A stretch of DNA of 64,000 nucleotides, taken from Candidatus Enterousia sp. GTDB taxonomy: Bacteria > Pseudomonadota > Alphaproteobacteria > Rs-D84. The notes below the pieces were generated by a model. It did not search any database and was not told where the DNA came from. It was given only the letters and a program-made list of their open reading frames with translations. Location: NCBI GenBank assembly GCA_045133095.1, contig JBGUTP010000004.1, forward strand, positions 142,873 through 206,872. Direction: 5' to 3'. Below are positions 1 through 9,559 of this stretch, piece by piece. A program made the position numbers and the translations under genes. Position 1 is the first letter of the stretch, and the number at the start of each line of letters is the position of its first letter.

Positions 1-176
1 CTTGACTACTATCAGACTTACGGCGAAGAAGAAGGGTTTGATTGGGGCAAATATGCAGATAGCGATTGCATAAAAAACGAGTTTCTTAAGTGTGCCCAAA
101 CGAATCAGATTCAGTTGCCCAAACGCCTGTTAGACCTGTATGAACTGGAATGTTTAAAACAAAAAAACAAAATTTA
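1..176 (+). CDS. 3' end of a hypothetical protein (C-terminal fragment, truncated by the window edge)
   Basis: Open frame from position 1 to TAA at 174-176 (...LDLYELECLKQKNKI*). A terminator follows. No recognisable family. Confidence 0.35.
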
Positions 177-203
177 ATTCATTGTATCTACTGGATTTAT
201 TGC

Positions 204-237
204 CAACTGTCGGCTTAAGCTGACAGTTGTTTTTTTG
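204..237 (+). terminator. Rho-independent terminator
   Basis: Hairpin caactgtcggc-ttaa-gctgacagttg followed by TTTTTTTT. Confidence 0.6.
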
Positions 238-307
238 CCTTTAGTGGTTTTAATTATTATCGAAAGCTTTCAAATAACTATCGATTAATAAAAATGGAGA
301 TAAAACG

Positions 308-520
308 ATGAAAATAGGAACTGATATCCTTAACCAACGTCAGGCGGCCCAGTATCTGGGGACGACTGTCGGGACGTTAAACAGTTGGCGCCATTGTGGC
401 AAAAACACTCTGCCATTCATTCGCTGGGGGAACCGTATTCGGTACCGCAAATCCGACCTGGATGCGTGGATTGAACGCCAGCTGATTAACAAGTTAGACG
501 AAGGGGGCGAAAATGTATAA
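308..520 (+). CDS. AlpA/excisionase-family HTH DNA-binding protein (prophage regulatory)
   Basis: 70 aa. The segment QRQAAQYLGTTVGTLNSWRHCG...PFIRWGNRIRYRKSDLDAWI resembles the AlpA/Xis-type HTH_17 pattern. It lies upstream of an integrase. Confidence 0.65.
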   Translation: MKIGTDILNQRQAAQYLGTTVGTLNSWRHCGKNTLPFIRWGNRIRYRKSDLDAWIERQLINKLDEGGENV

Positions 521-1043
521 TGTACAACAAATCTCGTACATGGGTACATATTCGATACCCGAAGTATGCCAGATGATTAATCGTTCTGAACGCACCGTGC
601 GCCAGATGATTGCAAACGGCTTGACCACAATTGACGACAAACGACCAACACTTATTCGCGGGACGAATTTGATAGATTTTCTGTTAAATGAAAACGACAA
701 AAACCGTTGTCCAATCGAATTCCACCAGTTCTATTGTCTGCACTGTCGCCAGGCCCGCATACCCAAGGGCAAGGTTATATGGTTTTCACGCGAACACCCG
801 ACCCTGCCCAACATGTGTGGTATATGTCCGGTTTGCGGTTGCAAGATGCACAAAGTCTACAAAATTGCGGATATTTCACGACTGAAACGTGAATTCCACG
901 TGACTGAATCACCGTGTATATCCCATTCCCTGGATTCAAGCCTAAACTGCAGAGTCGATGACGGGGACAATGGTGCAACATCCTGCAACCAGGAATTTAT
1001 GAAATTTGAAGAAAAAGGAGATACAAATGATAACGAAAATTGA
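513..1043 (+). CDS. Hypothetical protein with N-terminal HTH-like segment and Cys4 zinc-finger-like motifs
   Basis: SIPEVCQMINRSERTVRQMIANGL is HTH-like. CLHC...CGICPVCGC gives CxxC...CxxC pairs. The start may be the internal Met at 540. Confidence 0.4.
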   Translation: MYNVQQISYMGTYSIPEVCQMINRSERTVRQMIANGLTTIDDKRPTLIRGTNLIDFLLNENDKNRCPIEFHQFYCLHCRQARIPKGKVIWFSREHPTLPNMCGICPVCGCKMHKVYKIADISRLKREFHVTESPCISHSLDSSLNCRVDDGDNGATSCNQEFMKFEEKGDTNDNEN

Positions 1044-1278
1044 ATATAGCAAGGGGCCACATCCGTCCCTGTTCCAGATTAACTATGTATTGGCTAATGA
1101 CTATCTGACCCTGCTGGGGCTAAAGGAATATTGCAGTGATGTCGACAGCACGGCCCGCTATATTGCCGGCATGTATCAGATTCAGACCCAAACACAAACC
1201 ATGACACCAGTTGAGATGGAAACAGTACGTCTGACAGCCAAGGAAGTATACGATGCAATCAATTCTGAACGAATCTAA
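1006..1278 (+). CDS. Hypothetical small protein
   Basis: ORF only. It overlaps neighbours at both ends. No recognisable domains. Confidence 0.2.
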   Translation: MKKKEIQMITKIEYSKGPHPSLFQINYVLANDYLTLLGLKEYCSDVDSTARYIAGMYQIQTQTQTMTPVEMETVRLTAKEVYDAINSERI

Positions 1279-2284
1279 CCACCGCAAATACAATCCCGGC
1301 AACGAACGTATCGTTAAAAAATATCTGGAACACGTCCGCCGGACCAAGCTGGCCGATAACAAGACCCTGCTGGCCCTGCGCAAATATCTGCGTGCGTTCG
1401 AGGTTTTAACGGACTTTCAAGACCTGGATCGCTATACCCCAGACATGGCCAAGGTATTCTTGGCCAATCTGCGGCAACAGTCGGTATCCCCCAGCTATAT
1501 GCACCGGATAACATCCGAAACGCAAAAGTTCATACGCTGGCTGGCGGACGAGCCATTTGGCCGACGCATTCGCCGAAACGACGCCGACTATCTGACCCTG
1601 ACCCAGAACGAGATTAATCGGGCCAACGCATCCGGATATAAACAGCATCACGAATATTCACAACTGTTGCATGCCGTTCGTACTATGCCAGCGCAAACAG
1701 TGACAGACCTGCGAAATCGGGCACTGGTTGCGCTGGTAATACTGACCAGCCCACGTGTAAGCGAACTGTGCAACTTTCGAATTGATACGATTATGCAGGA
1801 CCCGCTGGTTGGTGCATACTTTCTGGACATAAACCCACGAAAAATCAAGAATGTAAAATTCTGTCGTGCACGCCAGGCGACCTTGCTGAACGTCCCAAAT
1901 CTGCGGCAATTTGTTCTGGATTGGCGTGATATACTGGTCAACGAATACGGTTTTGATAAATCAGCCCCACTATTTCCCAAGATTGCAACCAATCCGTTCC
2001 AACTAAACATCTTTGAACGCATTGTAAAGCCCCAGCCAATATCCGTATGCACCGCCAATCAGATATTTAACGGCGCATGTGTGGCAAATGGACTGGCGCC
2101 ACTAAGCATCCACAGTGTCCGCCGCACCCGTGCCAGACACATTGAAAACATAACGCACGACGACCACATAGTCGCCCTGCAACAAGACTTTGGCCACAGC
2201 AGTATCGGCACCACCCGATGCAATTACGGCAACATCACCCCATCCCGCCAACGCGAACTAATCGCAGGGATTAAGGTGGAGTGA
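1253..2284 (+). mobile_element. Tyrosine site-specific recombinase / phage-type integrase gene
   Basis: 343 aa. The C-terminal region LTSPRVSELCNFRIDTI ... HSVRRTRARHI ... GHSSIGTTRCNYGNI fits the R...HxxR...Y catalytic signature of tyrosine recombinases. An AlpA-like gene lies upstream. Confidence 0.6.
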
Positions 2285-2315
2285 ATCGCATATACTTCTC
2301 TTGCCATACGACTAA

Positions 2316-4037
2316 TCAAGCAAACTCAAAAGATACTTGTTTTATATCTTTTGCATATTTCTGCGCAAGTTTCTTGTCTGAATACTCCCAAAGATATCCG
2401 CCTGCTTGATTTCTATGCCCCCTGCATACCATACCTATGTTTGCAGGGTTTATATTCATTTGTCTTCCAGCATCTGATATGGATTTAAACGTTTTTATTA
2501 TGTGGCCCGTTTTAAGATCTATCATGTTTACCGCAACACTTTTTGCTAGATCGCTGCGTTCCTTGCCACATATAGGGCATCCTGTTGGGATTTTTTTGCT
2601 CGTTCTATGACTGATTGTTGACTGATACTCATAAGCACATTTTGGACATATCCACCATACTTTATGATCGGAACCACAACTAAACATACTTGGTCGCAAA
2701 TTGCCATTTTTAGTTGGATGCCATTCCATGGCTATATCTGGTCTTACAGAAACCAGAGAGTTGCTTATCTCCGATTTTTTATATTCTAATATTTTAAATC
2801 TGTCTCTTTTTAAATTTATTAAATCATCTGGTATTGGTTTATGCAAATTCAAAAGCATTAACACCTGCCTTAAGGCAAATTCCAAATTCTTATGTTCGTA
2901 CAGATTTTTCATACCAACTATACGATCTGCAACATCTTCGCCTGACTCCGGCATTTGTTCTCGCATTCTAATCAGCGTTATGCCGTGTTCTTTACATATT
3001 TGGTATTTTCGCTCTTCTCTTTCTATTTTATTTTGCTTATGCCAAGCTTCGCCATCATATTCAATCGCATATTTGATTGAAGGAATATAAACATCCAATT
3101 CAAACTTGCCCAGAAAATCAGATTTATACCTGCTTATCGTATCTGGATATAACTGGTTTACATAAAAGAATACCGCTTGCTCTGCAAAAGACGTCTGTCG
3201 TCCAGAATAACATATCGGACAGCCTGTGCCATTCGGCGCTGTTCTGTGACCTATCGTCGCTTGATATTCATGTCCCAATGGACATTGCCACCAAACCTTT
3301 TTGCTTGCACCACCAGCAAAATTCTCTGGTAACCAATCGCCATTTTTAGTTGGGTGCCACTCTTTGGCTATATGAGGGAATTTCGTTTTTAAATCGTTTA
3401 TTCCTGACACAACAACACTACCAGAACAACATGGACACCCCCGTTTTAACAACGCACGATTAGATACTTTCGCTTTCCATTCATAACCACATCTTGAACA
3501 TTTCCACCAAGCATATTTGTTAGAAGCGTACGATGTATATCTTGGATTTGCGGCATTTTTGGTCATATCCCATTCTTTTAAAAGTTCTGGTCTCGTGGAA
3601 GCCAGGTCTTTTATTCCTTTTTTACACTGTGGACACATTATTTGTTTTTTTATCTGGCTTTTTATTGTTGCCTCCCACTCATGATTACAGTCAGGACACC
3701 TCCACCAAACTTTGTTACGCGAGTACTTACTTACTATTTCAGGTTTTAATAATTTATTTTTAGAAAAATCCCAGTATTTAAGACGGTTTTGATGTGTCTC
3801 TACCAAATTAGACGAAATGTGTTTTTTTAATAAATATCTACATTTTGGGCAATCTTGTTTGCCAATAGCCCTATGATGAATAGCTGTTTGCCATTCATGG
3901 TCGCATTTGGAACATTTCCACCAGGCTTTCTTATTTGAACCCGGTGTCAATTTATTTGGATCTAAATCAGCATTAGCATCCCAGTCCCATTCAGACATGA
4001 GTTCTGTATTTTCAATAATGTATGATTTAGGCTTCAT
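2316..4037 (-). CDS. Multi-zinc-ribbon, DUF559/Vsr-like endonuclease-fold protein with NUMOD-like C-terminal DNA-binding domain (homing-endonuclease-like)
   Basis: Five repeats of WW(K/R/Q/I)C..C.HEWxxxI. A central ELDVYIPSIKYAIEYDGEAWHK segment has a PD-(D/E)xK DUF559-like core. The C-terminal SISDAGRQMNINPANIGMVCRG...GGYLWEY is typical of DNA-binding modules of free-standing homing endonucleases. Confidence 0.55.
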   Translation of the reverse strand: MKPKSYIIENTELMSEWDWDANADLDPNKLTPGSNKKAWWKCSKCDHEWQTAIHHRAIGKQDCPKCRYLLKKHISSNLVETHQNRLKYWDFSKNKLLKPEIVSKYSRNKVWWRCPDCNHEWEATIKSQIKKQIMCPQCKKGIKDLASTRPELLKEWDMTKNAANPRYTSYASNKYAWWKCSRCGYEWKAKVSNRALLKRGCPCCSGSVVVSGINDLKTKFPHIAKEWHPTKNGDWLPENFAGGASKKVWWQCPLGHEYQATIGHRTAPNGTGCPICYSGRQTSFAEQAVFFYVNQLYPDTISRYKSDFLGKFELDVYIPSIKYAIEYDGEAWHKQNKIEREERKYQICKEHGITLIRMREQMPESGEDVADRIVGMKNLYEHKNLEFALRQVLMLLNLHKPIPDDLINLKRDRFKILEYKKSEISNSLVSVRPDIAMEWHPTKNGNLRPSMFSCGSDHKVWWICPKCAYEYQSTISHRTSKKIPTGCPICGKERSDLAKSVAVNMIDLKTGHIIKTFKSISDAGRQMNINPANIGMVCRGHRNQAGGYLWEYSDKKLAQKYAKDIKQVSFEFA

Positions 4038-4101
4038 ATGACCATTATAGATAATATGTCCAAATAATCAATTAAAGAACAAACACTTATATCACTGTTT
4101 T

Positions 4102-4443
4102 TCATTCCCCATCCGGGATTTCGGGGCTGGATACTTCGGTGATGTCATCAAATGGGATTTTGGTTTTGACTATGGTGATGTATCGGTATTCGGGGTCTAT
4201 GCGGGTGACCAGGCCCATTATGGTGTCATAGGCATCGGTCCGATAAAATCGCACCGTTATCATCATGCCCTTTTTAACCAGCGCAAGTTTCCGGGACAGT
4301 CGTTCGGCGGCATCGCCAATCAATTCCCGTCTGGGCTCAACCACCCGATTTTTAGCCAGCACCATCGCATAGTACCCACGCAGGGCCGCAAAAGGCATAA
4401 ACTGTTTTGCACGTGCGGTATTATCAGCCATTGTGTCCCCCAA
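4102..4443 (-). CDS. YolD-like protein (accessory partner of Y-family polymerase)
   Basis: 113 aa. It overlaps the 3' end of the upstream polymerase gene. Sequence and size are consistent with the YolD family associated with UvrX/UmuC on mobile elements. Confidence 0.6.
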   Translation of the reverse strand: MGDTMADNTARAKQFMPFAALRGYYAMVLAKNRVVEPRRELIGDAAERLSRKLALVKKGMMITVRFYRTDAYDTIMGLVTRIDPEYRYITIVKTKIPFDDITEVSSPEIPDGE

Positions 4444-5686
4444 CCAAAGTATTACGTTTGCGACCGGTAGACTTCTCGTGATAATTTATGCCACGCAGGA
4501 CGGCGTTCTTGCCAAACTTGCCCTTGATATCCAGCAATGCGTGTTGCAGTTTGCTTTCGCGTTCGTCCACCCTTGTGTCCGCAAATAAATCCAGTTGCAG
4601 ATGCACCGTATCCGCATCGACCAGGTTCCCCAACCCCACCGTCAATTTATGTATCGGTGTGCGTTTATCGGTCGTTTCCCGATACAGGCGCACAAATTCC
4701 GCCACCAATGATTTATAGGACGATGTGTGCGCTGGCAATTTACGACTGCCCCCGGTTGGGCGTTGCACATCGTGCGAGTACCCCACCGACAGAGATATTT
4801 CATCCGCCACCAGGTTCTTTTCCACCAATTCCAAGACCAGGTTGTCCACCATTTCCTGCATCACAATCTGTGCATCGTCAAAGTTATAATCTTCGAACAG
4901 AATCTGGCCGTTGGACAGGGAATGGGATTTCGCCTGATAATTGTGAATATCGGCAATCGTGCACGGCTCGATGCCGTTCGCATGGTCAATCAGGTATTCC
5001 GCATTTGTGCCGAATTCTTTGTATAGGGTTTCGGCCGGCAACTGCGTCACCCCACACAGGTCATAAACACCGTATTTTTCCAGTCGCCGTGCAATACCCG
5101 CCCCGATGTTCCAGATGTCTGTTATTGGCCGATGGTGCCACAGGTGTTCCCGGAACGATTCCGCATCCAGGTATCCGATATGGTCGGGGACTTTCTTGGC
5201 CGTGATGTCCAGCGCAACCTTGGCCAGGAACAGGTTCGTACCAATGCCGGCGGTGGCGCATATGCCCGTTTCATCCCGCACCGCATCCATCAGCATTATC
5301 GCCATTTCTTTGGGCGACCGTTTATACATTTTCAGGTACGGCGTGATATCGATAAAACATTCGTCAATGGAATAGACATGGATGTCTTCGGGCGAAATAT
5401 AGCGCAGGTAAATCCCGTAAATCTGGGCGGATACTTCCATATACTTTTTCATGCGGGGCATGGCGGTGATGTATTCGACCCCACGTGGGATTTCAAAGAC
5501 CCGGCAACGATTGCGAATCCCCAGGGCCTTCATCGCCGGCGTTATCGCCAGACAGACCGACCCCCGCCCCCGTGACGGGTCCGCCACCACCAGGTTTGTT
5601 GTAAACGGGTCCAGCCCACGGTCAACCGCTTCGACCGAGGCAAAGAAACTCTTTAAATCAATGCAAAGATAAAACCTTTCCGCCAT
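4424..5686 (-). CDS. Y-family (UmuC/UvrX/DinB-like) translesion DNA polymerase
   Basis: N-terminal FYLCIDLKSFFASVE (catalytic DxD-like start of Y-family palm), ...SIDECFIDIT..., ...LFLAKVALDITAKK. Length 420 aa. Confidence 0.85.
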   Translation of the reverse strand: MAERFYLCIDLKSFFASVEAVDRGLDPFTTNLVVADPSRGRGSVCLAITPAMKALGIRNRCRVFEIPRGVEYITAMPRMKKYMEVSAQIYGIYLRYISPEDIHVYSIDECFIDITPYLKMYKRSPKEMAIMLMDAVRDETGICATAGIGTNLFLAKVALDITAKKVPDHIGYLDAESFREHLWHHRPITDIWNIGAGIARRLEKYGVYDLCGVTQLPAETLYKEFGTNAEYLIDHANGIEPCTIADIHNYQAKSHSLSNGQILFEDYNFDDAQIVMQEMVDNLVLELVEKNLVADEISLSVGYSHDVQRPTGGSRKLPAHTSSYKSLVAEFVRLYRETTDKRTPIHKLTVGLGNLVDADTVHLQLDLFADTRVDERESKLQHALLDIKGKFGKNAVLRGINYHEKSTGRKRNTLVGGHNG

Positions 5687-5845
5687 TCCAGGACTCAGTA
5701 TAAACCGAATTCACAGGATGTCAAAAAGGATTGTATGGATAAAGGAACCCGCCCATGTGGGGCTAGTATTTACTTTAAGGATAAATGGATGCAATAGCCT
5801 GTACGGTTGAATATTTTTCCAATATTATACAGTGTTTATAGCGCG

Positions 5846-8800
5846 TTAATGTTTGTTAACCGTTTCTGAAATTTTTACTGTACGTGGATCTATTTCATTC
5901 GCAGGTAGCCCATTCAAGAAAGCTGTCTTATCCGCACCGTTGTACAAAATCCATAGCTGCTCTTTAGCACGTGTGATAGCCACATAAAACAGTCTTTTTT
6001 GATCCTTTAGCACCTCATTCGGCGTTTCACCAAAAACTTCGAATAAGGTGGCATCGGGATGTAATGCGGACATGATCGAAGCATCTGCTTCTAATATAAC
6101 TACAACATCCGCTTCTTGTCCCTTAACAGAATGTATTGTACCAATTGAAACCTTTTTCTCAAATTCTTCCCTGCTCATTATCCCCAGTTCAACACATACC
6201 TCTTTTACCTTAGCCAAGAAACGCTCTATGTCAACAAACCAAAATGACATATCGTTATTTCTATGAAGTAGTTTTATGCTATTTTTATCTTTGTTTTGCT
6301 TTATTATCCATACAACAGACTTCAAATATCTAACTGCATTAATTTCTGGTGCCCGTTTATCAGAAACACTCATTTTAGTCTTAAAGATACGATCTGCATC
6401 TGCTGTTACATCTATGGCCCGGCGTCTCTCTATGAACACATCGGATATATTTAATGTATTAACGTTACCTGGCTCAGACTTGTGTGCATTAAAGCTTTCT
6501 CGAGAATCCATATGTTTTTGCATAAATACTCGTGCATTATCAACAATATTGCTGTTACAACGATAATTTGTATCCAATGTCAGAATATATGCGTATTGAA
6601 AATAATTTCTAAAATTATCAAAGTATTTAACGTCCGACCCTGCAAACCTATTTATAGCCTGATATGTATCCCCTACACACATTACATTACAATACGGATT
6701 TTTTTGTTTAATCGCATCTATGAAGTCAAAAAACAGTTTAGAAAAATCCTGGAATTCATCTATAAAAATATACTGTTTTTTTGTTATGTTGACTTCTTGA
6801 TTATCTTTTATCGATTTTGATGCTTTATCCATAAGCATATTAAAGTCCATATCATACTGATTATGCTCTTTAATTTTTTGCATATATAATTTATAAATTC
6901 TAATTGCAATATCCAAAAACTCTCGTTCTCTGGTGTATTCTGGAACAGATTTAACCTTCTCCTCTAATGCTTCGATATCGTTCAAAAAGCTCTGTTGCGC
7001 ACGATTTATAAACTGTGCTATCAATTTAGCGAAATCAGGCATATGGCTTTTCCAGACTTGTCGTACCAGGATATCACGTGATAATTTCTCGGTTTTTATT
7101 CCCTGTTTATTTAACAGCTCTTTGATTGTATTTTCAAACTCTTCACGTGACTGGGTTGGATTATAATACGTCTCTACTAAACCATTCCAATCCTTAACCT
7201 GTTTTGCATACTTATTATAATCTACTGCCGATGGATCAACCCATTCACGAGCATAGAACCATTTTTTCCAATCCATATTAGTTTTATATTCTGAATATTT
7301 ACCAATATGACCTGCGGCATTTATTTTTTCAATTTCTTCTTCGGTTTCACGCCCCGTAATTCCCCAGTGCTCCCATACTAAATTAGAATCCTTTAACAAA
7401 AAATCGGGTTTTATAGATTCTTTTTGAACCAGATATTCTCTTTCATTTTGTTTGGCTATCCCCCATAAGTTACTGGTATAGCACACCGGTTCATACATAT
7501 ATTCAATTCCATGCTCAAACAAGAAATCGCAAATTACTTTTTCTGCCCTAGATTTTACGCAGGTGTTATCCAAGGTTTTATATTCCTGTGCTCTCACCAT
7601 CTGATAAAAATCATCTTCTGACACAAAGTATTTCTTCTCAATCTTGTGCCCCAACTTTCTACAAACAGAATAAAGCTCTTCTGGGGACACGTTATCAAAT
7701 ACTATATCTTGTATAAACTTACTAAGCTCAGGTCCCTGTTCTTTGCTGTCACACAAGATTTTATTATGCCGAACATTATTATACGCAAAGCTATGAAAAG
7801 TTGTTGCAACTGCTTTGGTTATAATTTGTTGTCCATCGACCCTAATGCTGGCCAACCGATTATTGATTTCCTTCGCCGCATCTTTATTGAATGCGAATGC
7901 AATAATAGAATCAGGATTTATATTACAGATTGCAACCAAATACACAATTTTTGCAACCAAAGTCCCTGTTTTGCCCGAACCAGCCAATGCCTGCACCAGT
8001 AAATTTTTATGTTCATCGGCAATAACCATTGCTTGTTTTCTATCAACAACATATATATCGCCATTGGTGTTTTTTGTTACATGGTGCTCGAACCATTCTA
8101 CAACTTTGTCCGCTATTATGGAGTTTACTTCATTTTTCAATCTAGCCACATCAGGAATATCGATGTTATCCAACTTCTTCAACAATTCAGGTCGCATTAT
8201 TCTTATTTGGGGTAATTCCAATCCTCGATAATGCGCCATATCTTTTTGAATTTCCTCTGTTAACTTCTTGCCTTCTTCATACTGTCTGACACTTACTTCA
8301 TTCTGTCTAAATGCAAGCATTTTTTGGCTTGGACGCGAAATCTTATCAATCCTACTGCAAATTGCCTTAAATTCACTAAAGGATATATCTCCATCGGTAT
8401 GCCAATGCTGATAAAAATTCTCGATATCTTCATCTATTTGCGCCTTTAATTGCGTCTCTAATACAAAGGCAGTGATATCTAACGATAAAAAATCTAAATG
8501 TCGTTGTGCTGGCTCTTTTAACCGCTTGATCATGTCACAAATATCATGAAATATGGATTCATAGTTTAAACTTTGTTGCTTTTTTTCTATATTGGTGACA
8601 AGCATTTCGATACGACTGTCAATTTCTATTACCAACCCTCGGTCTTCTACCATTGCCCAGAGCTCTTCTTTTTGCTTTGAGAAGAAAGCAGCATCATTAA
8701 GTTGTTCTATTAGCTCACAAATTTTTTGATATTCAGACCAGTAGTACTTAGCTTCCAATGTTGTTCGAAAATCTTCTATTAACTTGGCTATTTTCGTCTG

Positions 8801-8992
8801 CAGGCACTTTTCTTTTTCGGCAATGACATCCCTGGCCAAGAATTGTAACATTCTTGGGCTCGGCTTCTCTAAGCCTTTTATCAATGTACATATTCTGCGA
8901 TATTCTGACAAATCATAGTCAGAAAACGTTCCGTTTTGTATATCCCAAACGTACGCAGTTATGTCTAAATCTATTTGTGTCTCTAAATCCAT
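5846..8992 (-). CDS. UvrD/Rep-like superfamily-1 helicase with inserted restriction-endonuclease-like segment and four N-terminal ~33-aa repeats
   Basis: Walker A LAGSGKTGT. Q-motif region ATTFHSFA. DExx box FIDEFQDFS. Motifs V/VI GTIHSVKGQEADVVVI and FYVAITRAKEQLWI. Inserted KPDFLL...VWEHWG segment. N-terminal repeats carry a S/YE(F/Y)xxIC core. Confidence 0.8.
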   Translation of the reverse strand: MDLETQIDLDITAYVWDIQNGTFSDYDLSEYRRICTLIKGLEKPSPRMLQFLARDVIAEKEKCLQTKIAKLIEDFRTTLEAKYYWSEYQKICELIEQLNDAAFFSKQKEELWAMVEDRGLVIEIDSRIEMLVTNIEKKQQSLNYESIFHDICDMIKRLKEPAQRHLDFLSLDITAFVLETQLKAQIDEDIENFYQHWHTDGDISFSEFKAICSRIDKISRPSQKMLAFRQNEVSVRQYEEGKKLTEEIQKDMAHYRGLELPQIRIMRPELLKKLDNIDIPDVARLKNEVNSIIADKVVEWFEHHVTKNTNGDIYVVDRKQAMVIADEHKNLLVQALAGSGKTGTLVAKIVYLVAICNINPDSIIAFAFNKDAAKEINNRLASIRVDGQQIITKAVATTFHSFAYNNVRHNKILCDSKEQGPELSKFIQDIVFDNVSPEELYSVCRKLGHKIEKKYFVSEDDFYQMVRAQEYKTLDNTCVKSRAEKVICDFLFEHGIEYMYEPVCYTSNLWGIAKQNEREYLVQKESIKPDFLLKDSNLVWEHWGITGRETEEEIEKINAAGHIGKYSEYKTNMDWKKWFYAREWVDPSAVDYNKYAKQVKDWNGLVETYYNPTQSREEFENTIKELLNKQGIKTEKLSRDILVRQVWKSHMPDFAKLIAQFINRAQQSFLNDIEALEEKVKSVPEYTREREFLDIAIRIYKLYMQKIKEHNQYDMDFNMLMDKASKSIKDNQEVNITKKQYIFIDEFQDFSKLFFDFIDAIKQKNPYCNVMCVGDTYQAINRFAGSDVKYFDNFRNYFQYAYILTLDTNYRCNSNIVDNARVFMQKHMDSRESFNAHKSEPGNVNTLNISDVFIERRRAIDVTADADRIFKTKMSVSDKRAPEINAVRYLKSVVWIIKQNKDKNSIKLLHRNNDMSFWFVDIERFLAKVKEVCVELGIMSREEFEKKVSIGTIHSVKGQEADVVVILEADASIMSALHPDATLFEVFGETPNEVLKDQKRLFYVAITRAKEQLWILYNGADKTAFLNGLPANEIDPRTVKISETVNKH

Positions 8993-9052
8993 AACATCAC
9001 CACCTCATATGAGATATAGTGAAATTAATCCTCTGTTCAAGCTGGTAGAACT

Positions 9053-9460
9053 TTAGGCCAACACACCCATAAAACAATATGGTTTTTGGGATAAGATTTG
9101 CGACACGATTAAATCTGCTGGTAATTGTGGGTGAGATGGCAGGTTTGGAATTGATACCCAGTGCATATCGTCGTGGACGCGCAGTTGGATTTCACCAGTG
9201 TAGGATTTGATTTCGTATGTGTGCAGTTCGATAACCCGGCCTGAATCCGTTGTATGTTTTGCGATTGTAATCAAGTCGCCAATTTGTGCATCTATCCCCA
9301 ACTCTTCGGCCAGTTCACGTTTCAGGCATGTTGGGCCGTCTTCACCATCTTCAAACTTACCACCGGGATATTCCCACGTCCCCGCCAATGGCTGGCCAGC
9401 CGCCCGTCGCATCAACAAGACTTTGTCGTCATCCCTAAAAATCGCTGCAGTTACTTTCAT
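9053..9460 (-). CDS. mutT: NUDIX hydrolase (MutT-like), copy 1
   Basis: Nudix box GGKFEDGEDGPTCLKRELAEELGI. 135 aa. Confidence 0.8.
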   Translation of the reverse strand: MKVTAAIFRDDDKVLLMRRAAGQPLAGTWEYPGGKFEDGEDGPTCLKRELAEELGIDAQIGDLITIAKHTTDSGRVIELHTYEIKSYTGEIQLRVHDDMHWVSIPNLPSHPQLPADLIVSQILSQKPYCFMGVLA

Positions 9461-9559
9461 GCATCCCCTTTTCCCTTACGTTAGCACAAAGATATTGTAA
9501 TCAAAGAACTTTTTGAATATAATCCCTATTGTAATACAAGTAGAATTTAGGAGAAAAAT

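Noticed and set aside
4537-5205. 222-aa plus-strand ORF (Pro/Arg-rich) and neighbouring ORFs 4727-5026, 5106-5575
   Set aside because: Entirely antisense to the well-supported Y-family polymerase gene. Low-complexity composition. No RBS. Typical shadow ORFs.
5687-5845. Possible SOS/LexA operator upstream of the Y-family polymerase gene (ggaacccgcccatgtgg)
   Set aside because: Only a single GAAC half-site was found. There is no GTTC-N7-GTTC or CGAACRNRYGTTYC palindrome. It cannot be called from sequence alone.
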